Part shown: one piece after another, positions 26,301 to 38,490 of the stretch
Numbering within the stretch: position 1 is the first letter of the stretch
Layout of the letters: each line of letters starts with the position of its first letter
Source: Antedon mediterranea
Taxonomy: Eukaryota; Animalia; Echinodermata
Direction of reading: 5' to 3'
DNA length: 64,000 bases
NCBI RefSeq assembly: GCF_964355755.1
Contig: NC_092673.1
Coordinates: forward strand, 17,481,648 to 17,545,647
Notes under the pieces: model-generated
Databases searched by the model: none
What the model was told of the DNA's origin: nothing
Seen by the model: only the letters and a program-made list of their open reading frames with translations
Made by a program: the position numbers and the translations under genes

Positions 26301-29300
26301 TCATCATCATTGGACCAATCTCCAGTTCATATTATCTTACATCCTGTCAGTTTATTCTCATAGTCGTATTGTGGAAGAAGATGAAGAGAATGAAGTTCAC
26401 CAACCAACTATCCTTATTGTGGGTACACATAAGGGGAAGCTTGGTGAGACTGAAAAACAGCAAAATGATGAGGTTAATATTTACATTATTAAAAGAGTAA
26501 CCAGTACACATTTCTGTTCTAAAAGCTAAACTATGACTACTATTAGAGTACTGTATCGAATACATGTATATCATAAGTTCTTGAATGTTTTCGATATTAT
26601 TTAAAAGAAGAACAGTTTTTATCCCATGTTTTCATTTATTTATATTGTTTACAACCAGGCAGAGAAGGCCTTTAAACAGATTCATGATGCACTTAAACAT
26701 AAAGTGTATGGAAAGCATGTATATCAATATTTTGCCGTTGAAAACAGCCAAGACACTACAGATAAGAGCTTTAGTGATCTCAAACAAGTTATTGATGCAC
26801 TTATGACTGCTTTAGAGAAAGAAGTTCCTTTAAAGTGGATGCGTTGTCGATGTGATCTACATGATCTAAAGAGAAAAAAAAATTTTTCTTTGTGTCCAGT
26901 TGAAGAGGTAAATTTAATTTGCATCATTCCTCAGTGTTTTGTTTTCAGAATAGAAATATGTTGGAAATAGTAGTATTTAAAAGAGTATAACAAAAGACTC
27001 TACCCACTGTTATATATAACTACAGTACTATATAATAATATTGATGATATTTTTGTCATATTTTCATCTTCACTGCTCTAAATCTGAATGGTAAAATAAT
27101 GTTAATGTAATATAATATAAAATATACAATCCTATCCATGCTATTATGGTTTCCTATCTGAAAACAGTATTTTTTATGGAATATTTGCATTGCAACACTA
27201 GCAATGCATTCTGTTAGAAAAATTGCAGTTAGGTTTCCCCCATCCTGAGAGAGACGTTTTCCTTCAGATCCAAAATTATGCAGTACATGTTATCAAGTAA
27301 ATTTCAAAACATTTCAGGCTGTAAAGGACAAAACTAATTGTTGTAAATGTATAGTTTCATATTTTTGATATTTTATTTGTATTTATCTGAATAGTAAACA
27401 ATTTTTTCATTAGCTCAAAATTCTGGCAAGTAAGAATGGTATTGCAGATGAAAAACAACAATCCTGTCTTCTTAACTTCCTGTATGATCTTGGTGAAATT
27501 GTTTACAGGCCTGACAACAAATTATTGAAAGATAAAGCAGTGTTAGATCCGATGAGACTTGTTGAAATTGTCACTGCATTTGTAACAGTCATTCCATCAA
27601 AATTTCCAGTAAGTAGATTCATAAAAATGTTAATGCAGTGTTCCTTGGAGAAATAATAGACACATGTGAATTCCTATAGGCACTAGTACCAAATTCAATA
27701 TCTGACAGTTACCTTATAGTTTAACATTTAGTGGTATATTGATTATGGGTTGAAACATGTAATTGCATCTCCAATTCTGCTGTTTGATAACTTAATTAAC
27801 AACAAATTATAATAAATATGGCTAATTGGTCTGTTTTTTTTAGCCGACCATGTATATTGATGCCTTTGATAAGCTTGACAAGGGCATACTGGAGGAAGAC
27901 TTATTGCGTGAATTATTGAAAGAGCGTAAAGTTGACAATGGAAAGAATTTTGAGTTCCTTGTAGCACTGATGATTCAATTAGGTTTCATTTGTGAGAGGA
28001 AGACAACCAGCAGCCAAGATAGGGCAAGTATATCTACAGTAGGTTTTGTCCAGTTATCTTTTCTAACAAGTTTTGTTCATGCATGCAAGCTTATTTGGCT
28101 AAGCTAAAATTTTATATAAAATTTCAAATTATTTGTAGGGTTATGACATATTTTGATTAAACTTCTGAAAATATACAGGAAATGGTATTTAGTTTTCTTA
28201 TTAAAAGAAATCTAAATGGCATTTTTACAAATCAACAATTTCAGGGATCTGTTGGAAAGCGATCATTCTTTGTGCCACTACGCCTTGCTTTCAAGACATC
28301 AATTGAAGTGAAACCAGTGCCTGATAGATTGCAAGATATCAGTATCTATTACGACTTTAAGGGATATCTGCCAGATGTATTGTTTCCATACATGATTATT
28401 GATTTCATCAACAAATTTCAAAAGAAAGGTGTTGACCCAATACTGTCATATAATCATGCTGAACTTTACTTCGACCAAGATCATTTTGTGACTTTATCTC
28501 TTGTCAATGTTGTCACTAATGAAGATGAGCGAAAGTTCTTGTTAAAGGTACTGTGTTGTACAATCTCTTGTGAATTTTCAATAAATATTTAAACCAACTT
28601 ATTTTGAATTGATAGAAGTTGATTAGTCAAACACAAAACAATGCTGAAACCTGCTGCAAATTATCATTTAGTTTGTAACACTTATTACAATCGCCTGTAT
28701 TATCCTAATCTTTCTTTTACTTATTTTTGTTGTTAAATATTAAGTCAGAATTTACTCTACATGTGCATAATAATTCAAATGCAGATATAAAAATATCAAC
28801 TACTGTACTTTCTTTTTTTCCAGGTGACTATTAAAAGAATAAATGCTTTTAATGAAACTAATGAGGAACCTTCATCTGAAGCATGTAGAGAGGTATGTTA
28901 TCATATTATTTGATAAACCATGAGCACTATCTAAGATTGTTTATAGATAATAATTTTTACTAAATATTTATAATTAAAGTTTTACAATTATTTTGGGGCA
29001 GTGTAATCAAAATAGTGGTTAACAATTATTTTCATTATCAGTCAATTTCAATGTATTTGACCTTATAATTCTGTAAATTTGCAATTTCAATAATAGAAAA
29101 ACACATGATGCTTAGATGGCACAAGTCTCCCCAACATTTCCAACTATCAAAGAAAATATCAAAAAGATATCTTTTCACACATAAAATCGAAGATATTAAA
29201 ACCATCTTAACTTTTTTTTTAAACTATAATATTGTAAATGTGAGTGAATAAATGTGTGCAGCGGATTCAAAAGGTAATCAAGTTTTTGTTATTGATTGTG

Positions 29301-29586
29301 TCTTAATTTGGTATTTGTAGTTGGATTTATTTATGTGATTGGAAAACAATATTCAATGTATATTTGTAGGTTTTGTTAACAATCCAGAAGTCATTTGAAC
29401 CTTCTCAAGATGGTGGTAGAAGAGGGATTAAATTTGAGAGATGCATACTTTGTGGTGTATGTAGTGATACATCAGAAAAGAAGCACATTCAAAATCTTGA
29501 AAATTTCCAGGACGAGAAGTTGCCATGCACCAAAACTGGCAAGTCTGTTACAATGGATGTTAAGCGTTACAAGCGGCTATTTGGAG
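14358..29586 (+). CDS. ROCO-family gene, Roc-COR module 1 (14 exons, 663 codons + 1 nt)
   Basis: GT-AG exons 14358-14373, 14866-15031, 24316-24401, 24725-24777, 24911-24935, 25642-25787, 26056-26145, 26293-26472, 26659-26907, 27414-27608, 27844-28038, 28245-28547, 28824-28892, 29370-29586 splice in one open frame: MADSQVEKDPSAITAHG...VIGQEGVGKTSL (G1), VTDGI (G2), IWDHGGQ (G3), ALYIVVFDL, ILIVGTHKG (G4), FAVEN (G5-like), then COR-type VPLKW, LLNFLYDLGEIVY, VLDPMRL, MIQLGFIC, FFVPLRL and a C-terminal Cys/His cluster. Confidence 0.88.
15444..15797 (-). mobile_element. Helentron/DINE-type non-autonomous element (HINE-like), copy 1
   Basis: On the minus strand it starts with a palindromic subterminal repeat (CTCAGGTACCCCGAC on +, a variant of CTCGGGGTACCCCGAG) and ends with the matching repeat GTACCCCGAGTA, a short stem-loop GCACATTCGTGC and TTGTT; no TSD. 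Confidence 0.6.
15865..15936 (-). tRNA. tRNA-Val(AAC)-like sequence, probably a pseudogene
   Basis: Reverse complement GGATTCGTAGTGTAGTGGTTGTCAAGTCTGCTTAACACGCAGAAGGTCCCGGTTCGAGCCCTGGCGAAACC: A box, CTGC/GCAG anticodon stem with AAC, B box GGTTCGAG, downstream T-run; stem mismatches. Confidence 0.7.
16149..16221 (-). tRNA. tRNA-Val(AAC)-like sequence, probably a pseudogene
   Basis: GTAGTGGTTATCACGTTTGCTTAACACGCAGAAGG...GGTTCGAGCCCGGG followed by a long T-run; acceptor-stem mismatches. Confidence 0.7.
16372..16443 (-). pseudogene. tRNA-Val(AAC) pseudogene
   Basis: Near copy of 15865-15936 with mutated B box (GGTTAGAG) and D loop. Confidence 0.65.
16660..16732 (-). pseudogene. tRNA-Val(AAC) pseudogene
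   Basis: Near copy of 16149-16221 with an anticodon-stem mismatch. Confidence 0.65.
16977..19499. mobile_element. PIF/Harbinger-like non-autonomous element
   Basis: ~40-bp TIR GGCCCTGTTCAGACCCATGGCGTTAGACCGTTTTAGCGTAC; 3-bp TSD CTA (empty site GTCCTAGACTC seen at ~15772). The boundary can alternatively be read as a 5-bp CCTAG TSD. Confidence 0.8.
17397..18849 (+). mobile_element. Intact non-autonomous hAT-like element (1.45 kb) nested in the Harbinger-like element
   Basis: Imperfect TIR CAGCGTTGCCA / TGGCAACTATG; perfect 8-bp TSD ATCCAGTC at 17389-17396 and 18850-18857. Confidence 0.88.
20700..21860 (-). pseudogene. Academ transposase C-terminal (XPG/PIN-like) fragment
   Basis: VLDGPAII, LDLFFDRY, CNIEEADERMFVH, FFHTISGCDRTS in frameshifted ORFs. 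Confidence 0.8.
21866..22855 (+). pseudogene. Second, inverted copy of the Academ transposase C-terminal fragment
   Basis: CNIEEADERMFVH, TVDSDVVVI, FFHSFSSCDTTS (ORF 22100-22537); reverse complement of ~20700-21737. Confidence 0.8.
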
Positions 29587-29760
29587 GTAAAAAACATAAA
29601 CATAAGGATACAAAGTATATCTTTTTAAAGACTAACACTATTTTGTTTATATTTAAATGAATTCTATGAATAGGATTGGTACAGTATTATAGTTTATTAC
29701 TATTTATCTTAAATCCTGTTGAACCAAACTTTTAGAACATAATATTGTGGCTACTGTAAA

Positions 29761-31072
29761 TCTATATATAAATTTACGTAAGGGCAAAATTCGGTAAATC
29801 GCGCGTTACTTCTAGAATGTTTACTCGATGGTATATAAAGTTGGTTCGTACTTTCGGTACTGATTTTAACCACCTGATGTAACCCTGTTTACTAATTAAA
29901 TTGAGTCAGATAATTAGTTATTGACAATTAAAACGAATTTAGGTTCAACGATTTGCCCCAAATAGGGGTGTTTTCCGATCGTGGTATACACTGTCTAATG
30001 CATGTCCATCGTGAAAAATACCCGCATACAATAATACGAGGATGCTTCGCATTTTCCTATTTCCTCCTACGATAATTGTTTTTAATGGCTGAAAACCGGT
30101 TTAACAGCTCAAGTACAGCATCATAATGTTGAAGACAGGCCGATTTTCTTTAAAAAATACTATTTTGATAGATTTAATATACGTTTATACAAATGTATTG
30201 ATTTGCAATGAATGGAACATTCCAAATTATTTGGTTTAACCATACTTGCATACCTCCATGGTTTAACACAAGTAGGTAAATTTATAGACCCTTGGAGAAT
30301 AAACAGAAATAGTATTGTAATGCTATACAATACTGCAAATAGGTATTAACCACGTTTGATCGCCATTTGAATCAAAAGTGTGTTGGTACTGTTAGATATA
30401 ATATAAACAAATATACTAATAAACTTTATCACTGTGAGTGTGGGTAGCCCCTACTTTTAGATTATAAACACATAATAATATAATACTTTAATACTGTCAG
30501 TTGTTTCTCAACATTTGTATTAATTAATAATTACAAAAATATAAACGTATTAGTGGTCTTTAAAGGTACTTTACTATTTCAATCGACCATGAGACAGTGA
30601 CAGTTTTAATAAAGTATTAAATCGGAAATGTTTTACTCTATTTAGTGGTATATTATTTATAGGCCTATAAAAAAAATATTTCGTTACTGAGTGGATAATA
30701 AAGAAATATAAAGAATAATTTAATATAAAGAATATATTAAAAAAACTTTCCTTTTTGTACCTCCTCATCCCCACCGCTCAACTCTAATGTTAGATACAAA
30801 ACCCTAAACTCTAATAGATACAAAATTGGGTTTGTTTAAATGAGTCCAAATAACAAATTTGAACTCATTTTGTGACAAGTTTCTAGGTGCTAATTGTGGT
30901 TGACTACATAAATCATTGTGTCTATTTGTTTCTGTAAACGACAATGTTTTAAAGTCCTGCCGTACGTACATTTAAAATCGCCATTTTTTTTACGCTGAAA
31001 TTACTATGTATTCGAGAACCATCTGTGGGCACGAACTAGATGGTACGCGAGCGAAGCGAGCGTACCATCTAG
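29761..31072 (+). mobile_element. Non-autonomous Helitron (1.3 kb)
   Basis: 5' TC, 3' CTAG with terminal hairpin CTAGATGGTACGC...GCGTACCATCTAG, inserted between A and T without TSD; exact empty site CTGTAAA|TAACTATA in the duplicate at 49121-49135. Confidence 0.92.
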
Positions 31073-31213
31073 TAACTATAAAAACAGTACTATGGGTAGA
31101 TTTAGACTTCCAAGGAGTGAGTGGCTTATATTGATTAATTATCTTCTGTACAGTACCATGTTGACTGTATGATAAAAGTCTCGTGGTTAGTGTTCAATTT
31201 TACTTTTTCACAG

Positions 31214-31263
31214 ACGTCCAAGATGATAGAGAGTTACTGCAATCTGTCAATATTCTTAAATAA
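31214..31263 (+). CDS. Candidate alternative terminal exon after module 1 (DVQDDRELLQSVNILK*)
   Basis: Acceptor TTTTACTTTTTCACAG, phase 1 matching the donor at 29586, stop overlapping AATAAA; duplicated at 49269-49318. No expression evidence. Confidence 0.45.
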
Positions 31264-33521
31264 AAGGCTTGACCTATAATCTGATTGGCAAACACTAGAC
31301 TTTATTGTTTTCATAATCTAGCAATCATTATTATTCAGATTTAAAAAATTAACAATTCAGTTATCATATTAAAATAATATATTGTTATCAACTAAAAAAA
31401 TAGCCACTGATCCCATAGTTTTACAACTCGTTTTGCAATGCAGATCTGTTTATTTCTTGAAATGTTGTGTAGAATATCGGTTATATTTTGTTTTAAAAAC
31501 CTAGTACTTTTGGATTATTGTACCTTACTTTCTTCCACCTTCTTAGACTGTACACAAGGCCGTGATTATGAAAATGAAATTATTTGTACCATTCCACGAA
31601 TATAAAACATTCATTATTGGTTTTATATAACATCTAAGTAGACATGCATTTCATCTTAATAGGAGTGTCCACTGAGTAGGGGTTGGCCGTAGTGGTAAAA
31701 CATATATTGCCTCTGTTGTGCAGGAAAGTGTCTGCTTACCAAAAGAGGGGCTCTGCTGTATTATACATTAAATGAATTCTTGCTGGATTAATTGCCATTT
31801 GAAGTCATTGCATTAATTGATTTAAACAAATTTTAATTTATAGATAATTATTTATCACAAAAGAAAACAGTTATTGATTTTTTATTTCTTAGCCTTATAT
31901 GGTTTTTATATAATAAAATTATATTTTATCAGATGAGAATATTCCATCTGCTATTACTGCTCATGGTGCAGATGTTCAGGAAGTGTACACTAAGGCATTG
32001 ACTGAGGGATCTGTCAAAATCAATCTTGGAATGCTTAAAGTGATTGGGCCGGAAGGAGTAGGTAAAACATGCCTCATAAATGCTTGTCTTGGAAAGAAGT
32101 AAGTACTAGTTAAAGGACAGTGAAATTAACTATGAAATATGCAAGTTAACTATTAAAAAAATATGATTCATTTTAAAAACCAATTCCCTAATATCGCAGC
32201 CTTAAAAGTAACTCAAGTTCACTAATGGTTTCAAATAATTTTCACTTCAAATTTAACTCCAAGCATAATGTTTACAGCACTTAAAAGTGACCCAAGTTCA
32301 TTATTGGTTTCAACTGATTTTCACTTCAGATTTAACCCCAAACATGATGTTACAGATGGAATAGCAGTGATAAGAACTGTAAGCACAACATGGACAGAAG
32401 ATCATGAGGATAGTGGTAAACATAAATACATTTACATTATTATTATCATTGTAAACACTGACAGCATAAGTCTTTTCTCACAGTAAAACAGTATACTACA
32501 TATTGAAAGATAAATTAAAAATAGTTTGGATATTAATTTGCATATTAGCATTAGAGTAACCTGAAAAATGTACATACAGACTGATTGTCAAGCATCTAAT
32601 TTTTTTTATTTAATTTCTTATGCATACTTTATTACACTGATTGGCGAATGAACAAAATTGGTGAAATGTTTTAAATATTATAGATATTTATTAATATTTA
32701 ACTATTAATAAAACCAATATGATTATATTTTTCTACAGGTAATCCTTCAAAACAGTATACAAAAATGGTCGCTTATAAACTGAGAGGAATGGTAAGTTCA
32801 TTTAAATAGTGCCTAGATGACAATTCTAATACTGCTAAATTATATAAATCTTAAACCAAACAGCATGGAATGATTAGAATAAAGTAGACAATGCTAATAA
32901 TATCTTATTTTTTTCTTGTGTCAGGTTGACAAGGAATCTCTAGCAGAAGGTAGGCCTACGGAATTCCTTTAAATGTTGTTTTTTGTCAATAATACTTAAA
33001 GATAAAAATATCTAAGAATTTTAATTTATTAATGTTGAACAACTTGTTTTTAACATTTTCAATTCTATGCGATATAAATAAAGTTTTCATTTTAGCTGAA
33101 TTTGAGTGAAATTAAGTTCTCCTTTCAGTTTAGCCTTATAATTCCTGTAATTTACTGTTCTGCTCTAATAGACAATTTTGTTTTGTAATAACTATTACTA
33201 CTACTACTATTATAATTTGTATTACTGTATTTTTGTAACTAAAATAATAACAATTATTTACAAAAATTATAATTTTTCTCATAAGTTATTGACAATGCAC
33301 AAACATTTAGAATAATCTGATTTTTAAAAATGTATTTTCCCAATCAAAAGTAGCTAAAGAAACATACAATCTCCATTGTTGTTATTTAATCTATTAACCA
33401 ATCTATGACAATGATATTGACTTTAATGATAAAAATATGACAATGATATTGACTTTAATGATAAAAATAAAATATTGATTACTACTACAAAAATGACAAT
33501 GACAACAATAGTGATGATAAT

Positions 33522-35439
33522 TGTAGTGAATTTCTCTTTTAGTTGGTTCCGAGCTTTCTCAGGCGTATATCCACTCGACGTACACAGCTGTCGTTCCGAG
33601 CTTTCTCAGGCGTATATATTTCCACGCGACGTACACAGCTGTCACTGAATGATAACTCATACAAAAAGTATATTTAACTCAACTAGAACTTTTATTCCTT
33701 GTAATTCGATTAATACATCTTTCTACCACTACCAGTCAAGCCTTATTATATTCTTTATCATCTTTCCGTTTATCTACTCTGATCTTATTCTCTCTTCTCC
33801 TTTTACTAACTATTACATTCTACTTTTATACAAGTTATGCAAATTTTAGGCTTCAGAGGAGGATAACATTTTCCCTCCGAAATTTACACGATTTTGATTG
33901 GCTAATAATAAGGCGGACGTGGACTAAAGCATCCTTCTCTAATCACAGAGAATCACAACATCAATAATATGACATTCCCCTGTTTGGGAAAAAGATTGTG
34001 TCAATCTTTCCAAAAATTTAACATTTAAAACCATTTTACTTTAAACTATCTACTAATAACACCTCTATAATATTATTTATGCACGACTTAATCCATCTGC
34101 ATTTCCATTTAATGATCCTTTCTTGTAAATAACTTTAAATTTATATCCTTGTTAAAACAGAGCCCATCTCATAAGTCTAACATTGGCACCCTTCATTGAG
34201 TCCATCCATCTCAATGCCTGGTGGTCAGTATGAACTTGAAATTCACAACCATACAGATAATACTTAAGTTTATTGATAGCCCAAACAATAGAGAGGCACT
34301 CTTTTTCTGGCACAGAATATCTCTGCTCATGTACAGATAACTTTCTACTTAAGTACACAATGGGATAATCATTACCCTCACCATCTATTTGGCTCAGCAC
34401 TGCACCTATGCCATAATTTGAGGCATCGGTTTGCAATATAAACATCTTATCAAAATTTGGGGCTTTTAATACATTATCATCAGTAAGTCGTTTCTTTAAA
34501 GTTACAAAGGCATTTTCACATTGTTCATTCCACTTAACGGTATTACTTTTACTCTTTAAAGTTAAATCAATCAATGGCTTAGCAATATCGGCATAGTTCT
34601 GTACAAATTTTCTGTAATAGCCAGTTAATCCGAGAAATGATCGGACTTGTTTCTTAGACAAAGGTCTGGGGAACTTTTCCACAGCCTCAACCTTATCAAT
34701 CATGGGTCTAATTTCTCCATTACCAATCTTATGCCCCAGAAATTCTACCTGAGCATAGGCAATTTTACATTTCAAAGGCTTTGCTGTCAATCCAGCACTA
34801 CTTAATCTTTCTAATACATCATTCAAATGAAAAATATGATCTTTCCAAGTTTGACTATAAATACATATGTCATCTATATATGCCTTAGCATATCCCTCAG
34901 TACCTTGTAATACCTTATCCATTAATCTTTGGAAAGTACTAGAGCTATTTTGCATACCAAATGGAAGTACATTGTAACAATACTGTCCAAATTGTGTAAT
35001 AAATGCTGATTTGTCTTTGGTCTTAGGATCCAGAGGCACCTGGTAAAATCCTTTAGTTAGATCTAACGTAGTTATGTATATTGCGGATGATACCTCATCC
35101 AACATTTCGTCTATGCGAGGCATAACATAAGGGTCAAATTGTGTAGTCTTATTTAGTGATCTAAAATCTGTCACCATTCTAATTTGATTCTGGCCTTTCT
35201 TCAGGGCAATAATAGGTGCAGCATAGGCACTAACAGTAGGTTCTATTATACCCATAGCCAACATACTATCTAATTCTTCTTTCAATTTACCCTTTAATGC
35301 TTGGGGCGTTCTATATGCCCTATGCCTTATAGGCATTTCACCATTAGTCTTAATTTCATGTGTCACTAAGTGAGTTCTACCTGGTACATCCGAGAATACA
35401 TTCTGTTGGTACTTTAACAATTCTGTTAATTGTTTAGTT
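33522..35439 (-). mobile_element. 3' portion of a Gmr1-like Gypsy element (RT-RNase H, PPT, 3' LTR 33522-33868)
   Basis: Near-identical reverse complement of ~40793-42658; ORF 34152-35420 ends early through TTA>TAA; the LTR is more diverged and has a ~50-bp tandem duplication. Confidence 0.92.
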
Positions 35440-36252
35440 ATCCTCCTCTGAAGCCTAAAATTTGCATGTCCAGTATAAAAGTGGAATGTAATAGATATTA
35501 GAGAAGAAGAGAGAATAAGATCAGAGTAGATAAACGGAAAGATGATAAAGAGAATATTAAGGCTTGACTGGTAGTGGTAGAAAGATGTATTAATCGAATT
35601 TCAAGGAATAAATGTTCTAGTTGAGTTAAATATACTTTTTGTATGAGTTATCATTCAGTGACAGCTGTGTACGTCGCGTGGGAATATATACGCCTGAGAA
35701 AGCTCGGAACCAACTAAAATAAATTCACTACATGGTGGCAGCGGTGAAAATTTTTTTTACATGATTTAAGTATCAAGAAGAAGAAGAAGAAGAAGTGACA
35801 GTGCCTACTCTACGGGCCTGTTAAATCAGTAACCAAAAAGTTAAATGGTTACGAAGATCTGGATTCCTGACAGTTTTTATACCGTGCGTTGTTTGGATAT
35901 TACAACGAAGAAGAAGTACTGTTGAGCTCAAGACTGCTGGATATTCATCGGAGATACTGTATATATTCACCGAGGTCTGAAAGAAGAAGACTGAAGTAAC
36001 AGAAGGAAGCCCAGTAAATTTTGAGAAGATTTGCAAAGCTGACTTTGTAAACTAATTTTTATTTCGAAAGTGAATTTTTGTACGGAGCGAACTTGGAACG
36101 TTGTTTGTGACTTTGAAGTAAATTAATGTCTTATATTGTATTGCATTTAAGAATTTATGTGGATTTCATATTAATCAAGGTAATACAAATACTTTTATAA
36201 CATATTTTGTATACATAAATTTACATATTTCATTAGTAAAATTGTTATTAGC

Positions 36253-37216
36253 ATGACAACTTTAAGATCGGGTAAAAATATAGATAAGACTATGTCAGAA
36301 AAAGATACTAGGGAAGAGATGGTTGACCAAGAAGAGGTTGACCAAGTCAATGAAATGTATGATAACATGGCTAGGGATATTGATTTGCCCGAAATACCCG
36401 GCGGTATGCCTAAAGATATGATGCTCGAATATTTTCGAATGAAGTTCGAGGCCGAGGCCGAAAACAAAAAGTTAGAATTACAATACCAACAAGACCAATT
36501 AAGATTAAAAGCAGATATAGAGCAAAAGAAAATAGATATAGAGCAAAGAAAAATTGAATCACAAGAAAGAGTGAAAATGATGGAATTAGAAAATAGGTCT
36601 AGCTACAGTAATGCTAGGAATATAGTAGATGAAATGAAGGTAAAGGTTCCTACTTTGAAGGAATCAGATGATATTGATATATATTTTAGAACATTTGAAC
36701 ACTTGGCAGAAGCCACAGGTTGGGATAAGAATACGTGGTCCGCTAGGTTAGCACCTGAACTGTCTGGTAAAGCTAGGACAGCATATGCATCCTTAACCGT
36801 AAAAGAATGTGTAGATTATGATACCTTAAAGAAGGCAATCTTAGAAAAGTATGATGTGTCCGCAGAGACCTACAGATTTAAATTTAGAAATTCGAACAGA
36901 GTTAAAGATATGTCCATCAGGGAATGGCTGAATGAGCTCTCCCATTATTTAAAATGTTGGATGAAATGTGCTAATGTAAAAGAAGATGATGCTGCAGGCA
37001 TTATTGAAATGATTATAATGGAACAGGCACTTGATAAAATGCCTGAAGATCTGAGGCTTTATCTTAGAGATAAACAAGTAAATAAGAGCTATGATATGGC
37101 TGTGATAGCCGATGATTATATAGCTAATAGAGGTGGCCGTGGCTATTGGAATGCCGTAAATTCTGAAAATAAGCCTACGTATTATAAGGGCCAAGAAAAT
37201 AGTAAACCTAAGAATA
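36253..37216 (+). CDS. Gag N-terminal part (coiled coil plus capsid/SCAN-like domain) of the gag-pol ORF
   Basis: YFRTFEHLA, LAPELSGKA, ETYRFKFRN, IIMEQALDKMPEDLRLYL; interrupted by a LINE at 37217. Confidence 0.85.
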
Positions 37217-38484
37217 GTTTTTTATTTTATTTTATTTATTCGGTATATAAAAATATATTACAAAACGACAGTCAAGGACTGAAATGAAATGTATTACAAA
37301 TGACTAAAAATTAGTTAAAATTGCTATAAAAATAGAAACATCTTAATAAAATTAGATATCGTACCATACAATTAAAAACATACATGAATAAAAAACCTTA
37401 AAACATTCACTTATTACATATCTAAAAAAGAGCTAGTGGTGCCTATTAATTATATCCACCATGGTGGGCACTGGAGACGACCTAAGTCTGCTGGTTTTAC
37501 AATGAGGTACTTCTAGAAAGCGGTTGACTCTGAGAGACCGAGCTGGCTTATGAAGAGGGGGAAGTATTTCTCTAAACAGCTCGGATTTTAATAAGCCTTC
37601 CCCGAAAGACAACACAAGTTTGTTTCTTCTCTCTACAAGAGTAGGTAAACCAGTAACAGACAATGCATGATCATAGCACAAATAGTTGTTACCTAGCATG
37701 ATACGCAATGCTCTCTTTTGTACCTTTTCAATAGACTTGGACATGTCCTTAGTGATAGCGCCATGCCAAACAGGGGCAGCATATTCTAAAATAGGTCTTA
37801 TATACGCCATATAAACAGTCAACAGATCATTAATTAAGATTCCTGCTTTCTTCAAAATGCACAAGGAAAATAAACGTCTAGAAGCTCTAGACACAATATT
37901 ATTAGTGTTAAGTTCCCATTTCAGGTCATTTTGAATGATTACACCAAGAAGCGTCATGTGATCAACTACTTGTAAAATGGAACCACTCAGACTAAAAGAA
38001 GGCGATATAATATCATCCGACTTATCCTTAAGAAAATTGACAACCAAGATATGGCATTTGGAGGGTTTGGGTATCATATTATTGGATGAACACCAAACAC
38101 TCAGATCATCTAACAGGGATTGCATGGAAGGCAAATCACCTTTGCGAACGACCTCCCCAAGGGTGAGGTCATCCACATATTTCCATCGTCTGCAGCAATC
38201 AACACAAGCATCGTTAATAAGTACTAGGAAAAGTACAGGGCCAAGCAATGTCCCCTGTGGGACACCACAAGTCAGTGACTTTGAAGATGACAAAATCCCA
38301 GCAAACTTGGTGTTGAGAGAACGGGAAGTGAGAAAGCTGCAGACGATGGGAATTATGGACGACCTCACACCCAGTTCAATCAACTTAATAATAATAACAT
38401 TATGATCAACACGATCAAAAGCTTTAGTAAAGTCAGTGGCACATAGGTTAACATAACATTTACCCTTCTCAACATCTTTGACTC
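37217..38484 (-). mobile_element. 5'-truncated CR1-group LINE (L2/Crack/Daphne-like) inserted in gag
   Basis: RT motifs DFTKAFDRVDH, GVPQGTLLGP, KYVDD, IRPILEYAAPVW (ORF 37433-38383); (TAAA/TAAAA)n-type tail at 37218-37240; apparent TSD AGAATA at 37211-37216 and 38485-38490. Confidence 0.9.
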
Positions 38485-38490
38485 AGAATA

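Noticed and set aside
31933-31945. ATG at the start of the module 2/3 first exon as an independent start codon
   Set aside because: This ATG is out of frame with the Roc sequence and directly follows an AG acceptor; the exon is entered in phase 1.
36253-38490. Separate gag and pol ORFs with an antisense accessory gene between them
   Set aside because: The antisense ORF is a truncated CR1-group LINE with tail and TSD; its removal restores one gag-pol frame.
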